A DNA stretch of 14,607 bases from Candidatus Hydrogenedentota bacterium (GTDB lineage: Bacteria > Hydrogenedentota > Hydrogenedentia > Hydrogenedentales > JAEUWI01): NCBI GenBank assembly GCA_034669905.1, contig JAXMOL010000088.1, positions 1 to 14,607 on the forward strand, read 5' to 3'. The position numbers were made by a program, and so were the translations under genes. Below the pieces are notes generated by a model, which saw only the letters and a list, made by a program, of their open reading frames with translations, did not search any database and was not told the origin of the DNA. Below, one piece after another: positions 1 through 6,907 of the stretch. Each line of letters opens with the position of its first letter. Position 1 is the stretch's first letter.

Positions 1-303
1 CGCTCCCAAATGTCAAAGACTTCTTTAATCAATAGTGGCCAAGCCGAACGTCCGCTGGCCTTTTGCAGGCGCTTGCATGCGCTGTCGTAACGAACGAGTT
101 GGATTTGATCGAGGTCTACCTTCGCATATCTAGACTCGTGTGATGTAGATCGCGCGGCACGACCACAGGTCCTTTTTCTGGCGGGGTATGGGGATTCTTT
201 TCCTCGCAAATCGTGCCATCTGGTAGGATGGGCGCGGTGTGGAGGAGCCGTGTCGGGTGGGTGTGTGAGCTGGACGATTGTGTGGGAGTGCGACGATTTG
301 TTG

Positions 304-1842
304 ATGATGCCTCGGGACAAGAAAGTATGTGGCGTGGAGGAGGCCGTGGGGCGGATCCCTGCCGGAGCGACGGTGGCGGTGGGTGGTTTCGTGGGGGCGG
401 CCCACCCGGAAGCCCTTTCAGCGGCCCTGGAAAAGCGCTTTCTGGAGACGGGTAGTCCCGATGGGCTGACGCTGGTCTATGCCGCTGGACAGGGGGATGG
501 TGCGGCCCGTGGTCTGAACCACCTCGCCCACGTGCCCCTGCTCAAGCGAGTGGTGGGCGGTCACTGGGGCCTGGCTCCCAAGCTGGGTGCCCTGGCCATT
601 GACGGTGAAATAGAGGCCCTCAATTTCCCCCAGGGCGTCATGTCCCAGTTGTTTCGTGACATTGCCGCAGGGCGTCCCGGCTGTGTCACCCATGTGGGGC
701 TCCACACCTTCATCGATCCCATCCACGAAGGCGGTGCCCTCAATGATCGCACCCCTGCCGGGAGCGTGGAGCGGGTGGAACTGGGTGGCAAAACGTGGCT
801 GCTTTACCACGCCTTTCCGATTCACGTGGGATTGATACGGGCAACATCGGCGGACCCCCTGGGCAATCTGATGATGGCGGAAGAGGCCCTGGTGGGCGAG
901 GTGTTGTCCATCGCCCAGGCGGCCCACAACAGCGGGGGTATCGTGATCGCCCAGGTGGCGCGCCTCGATGATCACCGGGCGGCGCCTCATTCCGTCGACG
1001 TGCCGGGCATCCTGGTGGACCACATTGTGGTGGCCGAGCCCCACGAACATGCCCAGACTTTTGCGGAGGAGCAAAACCCTTCGTACTACAGTCCCCTGCC
1101 GGAGGGCCATGTGCTGGGTGAAGATTTGCCCACCATGCCCCCCGGGGCACGACGCATCATTGCGGCCCGGGCGTGTGACGAAATTCCCGAGGGGGCCATT
1201 GCGAACCTGGGCATTGGCATGCCGGAAGGCATCGCGCGGGTGGCCGCCGAGCGGGGCGTCCTGGACCGCTTTACGCTGACGGTGGAGAGCGGGCCCATCG
1301 GGGGGATTCCCGCAGGAGGCTTGAGCTTTGGCGCGGCCTGTTATCCCGACGCCATTGTGGATCAGCCGGCCCAGTTCGATTTTTACGATGGGGGCGGCCT
1401 CGATTTCGCCGCCCTCGGCCTGGCGCAGGTGGATGGTGCGGGCAATGTGAATGTGTCTCGCTTCGGCAGCCGTGTGGCGGGAATTGGCGGTTTTGCCAAC
1501 ATCACGCAGAACGCCCGGAAGCTGGTCTTTTGTGGGACCTTTACGGCGGGTGGCCTGGAAACGGACGTGGTGGAGGGGCAGTTGAAGATTGTGCAGGAGG
1601 GACGGTGCCGCAAGTTTGTGGAAGCGGTGGAGCAGCGTTCCTTCAGTGCGCCCTATGCCCGGGAGTGTGGGCAGGAGGTGCTCTATATCACGGAACGGGC
1701 CGTTTTCCGGCTGACGGAGCGGGGACTGGCCCTGGTGGAAGTGGCCCCGGGGATTGACGTGGAGCGGGAGGTGTTGGGGCTGATGGACTTTACGCCGATT
1801 ATAGAAGAAGTGAAGGTGATGCCGGGGCATGTGTTTGGGTAG
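304..1842 (+). CDS. Acyl-CoA:acetate/propionate CoA-transferase, fused alpha/beta family I (YdiF/Pct-like)
   Basis: ORF 250..1842. Likely start is ATG 304 or 307, since the family-like sequence begins at '[18 protein letters not shown]'. Motifs: [34 protein letters not shown], catalytic TVESG (ExG), [42 protein letters not shown]. Start is uncertain. Confidence 0.92.
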   Translation: MMPRDKKVCGVEEAVGRIPAGATVAVGGFVGAAHPEALSAALEKRFLETGSPDGLTLVYAAGQGDGAARGLNHLAHVPLLKRVVGGHWGLAPKLGALAIDGEIEALNFPQGVMSQLFRDIAAGRPGCVTHVGLHTFIDPIHEGGALNDRTPAGSVERVELGGKTWLLYHAFPIHVGLIRATSADPLGNLMMAEEALVGEVLSIAQAAHNSGGIVIAQVARLDDHRAAPHSVDVPGILVDHIVVAEPHEHAQTFAEEQNPSYYSPLPEGHVLGEDLPTMPPGARRIIAARACDEIPEGAIANLGIGMPEGIARVAAERGVLDRFTLTVESGPIGGIPAGGLSFGAACYPDAIVDQPAQFDFYDGGGLDFAALGLAQVDGAGNVNVSRFGSRVAGIGGFANITQNARKLVFCGTFTAGGLETDVVEGQLKIVQEGRCRKFVEAVEQRSFSAPYARECGQEVLYITERAVFRLTERGLALVEVAPGIDVEREVLGLMDFTPIIEEVKVMPGHVFG

Positions 1843-1849
1843 GGGCACG

Positions 1850-1925
1850 GGGCCTGTGGCTTTCCCCGACGTCATTGCACCCGTAAGGCCGTTCGTCCCT
1901 CACGTCCGTAAGGGTGGCACCCTTG
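1850..1925 (+). repeat. Partial (3') copy of the composite non-coding element, including the 48-nt module R1 (1878-1925)
   Basis: CACCCGTAAGGCCGTTCGTCCCTCACGTCCGTAAGGGTGGCACCCTTG matches 2304-2351 and 12860-12907 with 1-2 mismatches. The upstream 'gtggctttccccgacgtca' also resembles the other copies. Confidence 0.9.
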
Positions 1926-1952
1926 GTTTTTTGGGGGTGGCAGGGAGGACTA

Positions 1953-1988
1953 CAGGGACGGCAGGGACGGCAGGGACCACAGGGACAG
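1953..1988 (+). repeat. Tandem 9-mer repeat CAGGGAC(GG/CA/AG), four units
   Basis: CAGGGACGG CAGGGACGG CAGGGACCA CAGGGACAG, preceded by degenerate units (cagggag, gaggacta). Confidence 0.85.
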
Positions 1989-2027
1989 ATGGCCCTTAAA
2001 TTGGACCTGCCCGTGGCAACCTTGTCG

Positions 2028-2351
2028 TTCTATGGAGCGCTGGCGGCCCGCCGGCATGGGAAAGGGGGACGGCCCCGACTATTGCGTGGATATGGGTATT
2101 GCACGTGACGGTGTTGGTCACAGGGTGTTTGTGGCTAGGGCATCAACGTTACGTCGGTGCAGTCCCCGTGCCACCCGATCGTGCCCCGCACGTTCGGGTG
2201 CCTGGAGGGCACGTGTTGGTGGTTTTGGATTAGGGATTGGGCGGTGCGCTTGTGGGCTGGCTTTGTTTAATCGGAGGAGCCTATGGTTTCCTCGACGTCA
2301 CCTCACCCGTAAGGCCGTTCGTGCCTCATGTCCGTAAGGGTGGCACCCTTG
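2028..2351 (+). repeat. Composite non-coding repeat, full copy A (R2 hairpin - linker - R3 hairpin - linker - R1 module)
   Basis: Colinear with 12572-12907. R2 at 2031-2060, R3 region at 2144-2200 (hairpin 2172-2200), R1 at 2304-2351. Linker lengths are the same in both copies (83 and 103 nt). Confidence 0.9.
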
Positions 2352-2380
2352 CCGTCTTCTTTGGATATGTGGGTCGGTGT

Positions 2381-2410
2381 TATGGAGCGCCGGCGGCCCG
2401 CCGGCATGGG
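2381..2410 (+). repeat. REP-like palindrome R2 (GGAG foot plus GCCGGCGG-C-CCGCCGGC)
   Basis: TATGGAGCGCCGGCGGCCCGCCGGCATGGG; further copies at 2031-2060, 12575-12604 and 12915-12944. Confidence 0.9.
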
Positions 2411-2416
2411 TTGGTA

Positions 2417-2460
2417 GAGGGACGGCAGGGACGAGAGGACTACAGGGACCACAGCGACAA
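2417..2460 (+). repeat. Degenerate tandem 9-mer repeat (CAGGGACNN family), about five units
   Basis: GAGGGACGG CAGGGACGA GAGGACTA CAGGGACCA CAGCGACAA; same family as 1953-1988. Confidence 0.75.
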
Positions 2461-2668
2461 CGGGCCCGGAAATTGGGTCTGGTTGCCCTGTATGGGGGAT
2501 TTGCGGCACACGAGCCTTCAATCGTATACTGAACCTTGCCTGATACGGCGTATCGGGCCTACCCGTGTACCGATTGGGTCGGCGTTCTGGTGAGGTAGCC
2601 GGGCGCTGGGCTTCGTTGTAGTGGTACGCGAATTGGCGTTTTGAGTCGACGCCCATGGCAGGATTTCA

Positions 2669-3145
2669 ATGACCGAAGAGCACGCTCCCGCAACCGGGCA
2701 ATCCATCCGTTACCGCCGGGCGAAGTTTTCTACCCGACTCTACGACGATTGCCTCTATACGGCGGCCCACGCCTGGTTGCGCCGGGAAGAAGGCGGGCTC
2801 TGGCGGGTGGGCTATACCCATTTTGCCACCCGTATGCTCGGTGACCCGGTGGAGTTGGATTTTGAGTCGAAGGACGGTGATTCGGTGGAGAAGGGTCAGG
2901 AAGTCGGTTGGTTGGAGGGCTTTAAGGCGGTCAGTGACATCTATTCGCCCCTCCCGGGACTCTTTCGTGGGGGGAATGAGGCCCTGTTGACCGATATTGA
3001 GTTGCTGTCGCGCGATCCCCTGCAGTCCGGGTGGCTCTATCGCCTGGAAGGGGAGCCGGACAGCGATTGCCTGGAGCGTAGCGCCTATATATCGGTGCTC
3101 GACGCGGCCATAGACCGCATTCTCGGAAATAAGACGCCCTCATAA
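2669..3145 (+). CDS. gcvH: Glycine cleavage H-like (lipoyl-carrier fold) protein
   Basis: Motifs YTAAHAW, RVGYTHFA..MLGD.V, lipoyl-Lys motif LEGFKAVSDIYSPL.G (Lys86, codon 2924-2926), N..L....EL...DP...GWLY. N-terminal extension IRYRRAKFSTRL. No gcvT/gcvP in the window, so the symbol denotes the family only. Confidence 0.88.
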   Translation: MTEEHAPATGQSIRYRRAKFSTRLYDDCLYTAAHAWLRREEGGLWRVGYTHFATRMLGDPVELDFESKDGDSVEKGQEVGWLEGFKAVSDIYSPLPGLFRGGNEALLTDIELLSRDPLQSGWLYRLEGEPDSDCLERSAYISVLDAAIDRILGNKTPS

Positions 3146-3199
3146 ATTGTCTATAGCAAACAGTGCTCCATGCGAGCGTGATATATAGTCAGGAGTACG

Positions 3200-4333
3200 A
3201 TGAGCACGTCCCCCAACGACAAAGCACGGTACATCATGATAGGCGGATTCCTCGGTGCGGGGAAGACGACCGCTATCGCGGAGTTTGCCCGCCGCCTGAG
3301 CGATGCCGGGGTCCGCGTGGGGCTCATCAGCAATGACCAGAGCACGGGCCTGGTGGATACGGGGGTCTTGCGCTCCCGGGGCTTTTCCGTGGAAGAGATT
3401 GCGGGCGGTTGTTTCTGCTGCCGCTTTGATTCCCTGCTGGACGCCTCCACGAAGCTCTCCGAGTCGGTGGCGCCCGATGTGTTTCTGGCGGAGCCCGTGG
3501 GCAGTTGCACCGACCTGATAGCGACGGTCTCCTATCCGTTGCGCCGCATTTATGGCGAGCGCTTCACCATTGCGCCCTTGAGTGTGTTGGTGGATCCGAT
3601 GCGGGCCGCGCGAATTTTTGGCCTGGAATCGGGCCGTCCCTTTTCGGAGAAGGTGGTTTATATCTATTCCAAGCAGCTCGAAGAGGCCGATGTGATCGTG
3701 CTCAACAAGTGCGACAGTATCGACGATGACCTCCGAGACCGTCTGTCGGCGACGTTGCAGGAACGTTTTCCCCACGCCATGATTTTTTGCAGCTCGGTGC
3801 AGGAGCAGTCCGGGCTCGATGCCTGGTTTGACCATTTGCTCCGCGAGGAGAACGATGGCCTCCGTCCCACCATGGACGTGGATTACGCCCGTTACGGTGA
3901 AGGTGAGGCGCTGCTTGGCTGGTTGAACAGTACGATTCGCGTCGCGTCTGACACGGGCTTCGTGCCCGATGAACTGTTGCTGACGCTGGCCACGGCCATA
4001 CAGCAGGCCACCGATGGGGCAGGCGGCGAAATTGCCCACCTGAAGATGACCCTTGACAGTGGCGATATTTCGGGTCGGCTTTCCGCCGTGAGCCTGGTGC
4101 GCAGTGATGGCGTACCGGAGCTCCGCGAGTCCGTGACGGAGGATGTCACGGAGGGCGAGTTGATATTAAATCTTCGCGCCGAAGCGGACCCCGCGTTGCT
4201 ACAGACAATCGTGGAAAGGGTGGTGCAGGACGTTGCGGAGTCGCAGGGCGTCTCCCTGACGATTGGACACCTGGAAAGCTTCCGTCCCGGCATGCCGACG
4301 CCGGTGCACCGCGATACGGTGGGTGTGACCTGA
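3200..4333 (+). CDS. CobW/P47K (COG0523, G3E family) metallochaperone GTPase
   Basis: Walker A GGFLGAGKTT, metal-binding GGCFCC (CxCC), Walker B LAEPVG, QLEEADVIVLNKCD (NKxD). AGGAG RBS at 3190-3194. Confidence 0.9.
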   Translation: MSTSPNDKARYIMIGGFLGAGKTTAIAEFARRLSDAGVRVGLISNDQSTGLVDTGVLRSRGFSVEEIAGGCFCCRFDSLLDASTKLSESVAPDVFLAEPVGSCTDLIATVSYPLRRIYGERFTIAPLSVLVDPMRAARIFGLESGRPFSEKVVYIYSKQLEEADVIVLNKCDSIDDDLRDRLSATLQERFPHAMIFCSSVQEQSGLDAWFDHLLREENDGLRPTMDVDYARYGEGEALLGWLNSTIRVASDTGFVPDELLLTLATAIQQATDGAGGEIAHLKMTLDSGDISGRLSAVSLVRSDGVPELRESVTEDVTEGELILNLRAEADPALLQTIVERVVQDVAESQGVSLTIGHLESFRPGMPTPVHRDTVGVT

Positions 4334-4734
4334 TGGACGATGTGCGCGCCGAAAACGAAGTGACCCCTGATACTGCCGAAGAAGGGGTGATGCCCCGGAT
4401 TCTTTTCTGTAATTGCACCTATGCCAAGGTGGTGCCCCCGGAGGTGAAGCGGGAGGTGCTGGCGGCCCTCAATGCGTCCGGCTTGGCCTTCGATGCCGTG
4501 CCCGATTTGTGTGACATGGCGGCCCGCAACGATCCCGCCCTGGCCCGTTTGAGTGCGGCCCCCCAACTTCGTATTGCCGCCTGTTTTCCCCGGGCCGTGC
4601 GGTGGTTGTTCCATGGGGCCAAGCAGCCCCTCCCCGAAACCGGGGTGGAGATCTTGAACATGCGCGAGGAAAGTGCGGAAGCGGTTTCCCAGGCGCTCTT
4701 GTCCCCCTGTGCCGGATGTGGAGAGCAATCATGA
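4333..4734 (+). CDS. Small Cys-motif protein, putative Fe-S binding, resembling the HdrA N-terminal domain
   Basis: TGATG overlap with the upstream stop and ATGA overlap with the downstream start. Motifs RILFCNC, DLC, IAACFPR, EILNMRE. Alternative start at GTG/ATG 4387/4390. Confidence 0.75.
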   Translation: MDDVRAENEVTPDTAEEGVMPRILFCNCTYAKVVPPEVKREVLAALNASGLAFDAVPDLCDMAARNDPALARLSAAPQLRIAACFPRAVRWLFHGAKQPLPETGVEILNMREESAEAVSQALLSPCAGCGEQS

Positions 4735-5645
4735 GGACCCAGCCCAGCAAGACCGACGGCGCCAATCTGCGCGTGGTGATCTATGAAGGAGAAGGCAGCG
4801 TCGCCCTCGAGAACGAGACCCGCGTGGCGGCCATGGGTGCCCTGTTGGACGAAGGCTTCGAAGTGAGCCGTCCCCTTTCCGGCGGCACGGTATCCCCCCA
4901 GGATGAAAGCCCCCTGCTGGTCATCGGCCAGTTTGAAGGCCCCACGCCCCCAGCCGCAGACGCGGCAGCGGACGTCGGGGAGATACAGTATCGGGATATT
5001 GCTGGCTTGGCCCCGGAAGCGATTGTGGCGCTGGCCCATACGGTGCGCGAATCGGTGGGTGCCCGCAGCCTGAAGGAATGGAAGCCCTGGTTCCCCGTAA
5101 TCGACTATGACCGCTGCACCAACTGCATGCAGTGCCTGAGCTTTTGTCTCTTCGACGTCTACTCGGTGGACGGAGACGGCAAGATTGCGGTGCAGAATGA
5201 AAGTAACTGTAAGACGGATTGTCCCGCCTGTTCGCGGGTGTGCCCGGAAGTGGCGATTCTTTTTCCCAAATACAAGAAGGGCCCCATCAATGGCGATGTG
5301 GTTCGTCCGGAAGACATTCAGCGGGAGGCGATGAAGGTGGATGTGTCGTCCCTCCTGGGCGGCGATATTTACGCGTCCCTCCGCTCTCGTTCCAAGGATG
5401 CGCGGAAACGTTTTTCCACGGAGCGCGATGAGTCGAAGGCCCTGCTGGAACGGAAGCGGTGCCTGAAGAAGTTACAGAAAGATCTGGATATTCCCGAAGA
5501 GGTCTTGATGACCCTGCCTTCTGCCGGTGATATCGAAGAACGTGCGACGCGCGCGCGGGAAAAACTCAAGCGGCGACAGGAGCGCTCCCGGAGTGCCCAG
5601 GATGCGAAACGTCCCGCACCAACCCAGGATGATTGGGGTATTTAG
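4731..5645 (+). CDS. 2x[4Fe-4S] ferredoxin-domain protein with N- and C-terminal extensions
   Basis: ATG 4731 overlaps the previous TGA (ATGA). Motifs WFPVIDYDRCTNCMQCLSFC (CxxCxxCxxxC) and CKTDCPACSRVCPEVAI (CxxxCxxCxxxCP). Highly charged helical C-terminus. Confidence 0.88.
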   Translation: MRTQPSKTDGANLRVVIYEGEGSVALENETRVAAMGALLDEGFEVSRPLSGGTVSPQDESPLLVIGQFEGPTPPAADAAADVGEIQYRDIAGLAPEAIVALAHTVRESVGARSLKEWKPWFPVIDYDRCTNCMQCLSFCLFDVYSVDGDGKIAVQNESNCKTDCPACSRVCPEVAILFPKYKKGPINGDVVRPEDIQREAMKVDVSSLLGGDIYASLRSRSKDARKRFSTERDESKALLERKRCLKKLQKDLDIPEEVLMTLPSAGDIEERATRAREKLKRRQERSRSAQDAKRPAPTQDDWGI

Positions 5646-5649
5646 GCTT

Positions 5650-6846
5650 ATGTTACCGTCCCTCGTATACCGCATGGTTCGCACGGTCGACCTTCGGCTG
5701 CTCTGGAAGTTTGGCTATAACTTTGGCTTCAAGGGCATGCTTTCCGTGGAGCGTTTCAAGCGCGGCCTGAAAAAAGGTAAGGTCTTCCCGCCCTTTCTCT
5801 ATATCTCCATCATCAACAGCTGCAACCTCCGCTGTCAGGGATGCTGGGTGGATGTGGCCGCGCCCGAGTCCATGATTTCCTTTGAAGATCTGGACAAGCT
5901 CATCACCAATGCCAAGAAGCACGGGAATACCTTTTTCGGAATCCTGGGGGGCGAGCCCTTCATGCATCCCGATTTGATTCGCATCCTGGAAGCCCACCCC
6001 GACTGCTACTTTCAGATTTTTACGAATGGCCACTTCATCACCGACAAGGTGGCGGCGGAACTGCGCCGGGTGGGCAACGCTACCGTGCTGCTGAGCATTG
6101 AGGGCCGCGAAATCGTCAGCGACGAGCGCCGGGGGCGCAAGAAGGTGTTGAACCACACCCTGAGAGGCCTGGAGGCCTGCATTAACCACCGCATCATTAC
6201 CGGGGTGGCCACGAGCGTGTGCCAGAGTAACTTCGACGATTTGGTCCAGGAAAGCTGGGTCGATGAATTGATCAAGCGCGGCGTGCACTATGCCTGGTTC
6301 CATACCTACCGCGCTGTCGGCCCGGACCCCAAGCCCGAATTGGCGCTCACCCCCGACCAGGTGCTGGCGGTCCGTCGCTTTGGCGTGGAGATGCGGAATC
6401 AGAAGTCCATTGGCTTTGTGGACGCCTATTGGGATGATAAGGGCAATGCCCTGTGTCCGGCGGCGGTGGGTATCAGTCACCACATCAGTCCCTGGGGCGA
6501 CATTGAACCCTGCCCCATTATTCAGTTTGCCAGTGAGTCCATCCATGATAACGATGGTGACATTTACACGACCATGACCGAGTCCCCCTTGCTTTCGGAT
6601 TTCCGCAAGACAGCGGCGGACGCGACCCGGGGCTGCATCGTGTTGGAGCGCCCCGATCTCTTGAAAGAGATTGTGGAGCGCAACGGTGCCCACGATACGA
6701 CGGCGCGTAAGCAGGCCATGCCGGAGCTGGAGGCCATGAGCTCGCTGAACAGCCAGTACAATCCGGGGAACGAGATTCCGGAAAAACACTGGCTCTATCG
6801 CTTTGCGAAGAAGTACTGGTTTTTTGGATTCGGTGCCTACACCTGA
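5650..6846 (+). CDS. Radical SAM enzyme with C-terminal SPASM/twitch-like domain
   Basis: ATG 5650 lies 4 nt after the previous stop. Motifs CNLRCQGC (5821-5844), GGEP, FTNG, SIEG...D.RRG, and twitch-like CPAA..HISPWGDIEPCP with a later RGC. Confidence 0.93.
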   Translation: MLPSLVYRMVRTVDLRLLWKFGYNFGFKGMLSVERFKRGLKKGKVFPPFLYISIINSCNLRCQGCWVDVAAPESMISFEDLDKLITNAKKHGNTFFGILGGEPFMHPDLIRILEAHPDCYFQIFTNGHFITDKVAAELRRVGNATVLLSIEGREIVSDERRGRKKVLNHTLRGLEACINHRIITGVATSVCQSNFDDLVQESWVDELIKRGVHYAWFHTYRAVGPDPKPELALTPDQVLAVRRFGVEMRNQKSIGFVDAYWDDKGNALCPAAVGISHHISPWGDIEPCPIIQFASESIHDNDGDIYTTMTESPLLSDFRKTAADATRGCIVLERPDLLKEIVERNGAHDTTARKQAMPELEAMSSLNSQYNPGNEIPEKHWLYRFAKKYWFFGFGAYT

Positions 6847-6907
6847 TAGCCTGATGGGGCGCAGCAGATGAACGAAGCGGTACCTTGGAAAGGAATACGG
6901 TGGCAAG

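Noticed and set aside
1..130. Minus-strand open frame running off the window edge ([22 protein letters not shown]...)
   Set aside because: No convincing start, RBS or motif; it cannot be judged without the adjacent sequence.
205..219. Sigma-54-like TGGCACGATTTGC on the minus strand
   Set aside because: The GG-to-GC spacing is 8 nt rather than the required 10.
1843..2460. CRISPR array interpretation of the recurring 30-48 nt repeats
   Set aside because: Several different modules alternate, the intervening sequences are homologous between arrays rather than unique, the spacing is far longer than CRISPR spacers, and there are no cas genes.
1914..2706. Short ORFs across the left repeat array, and similar ones at 12679-13143
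   Set aside because: Shared peptides such as VRPFVPHVRKGGTL and YGALAARRHG are translations of the DNA repeats. The ORFs have different starts and lengths between copies.
3146..3199. Internal promoter (AT-rich TGATATATAGT) upstream of the GTPase gene
   Set aside because: A -10-like sequence is plausible but there is no clear -35, so it is too weak to call.
4602..5649. Longer ORF-track starts for the ferredoxin (4602) and radical SAM (5527) genes
   Set aside because: They overlap upstream genes by more than 100 nt with non-family sequence. ATG 4731 and ATG 5650 give tight coupling.
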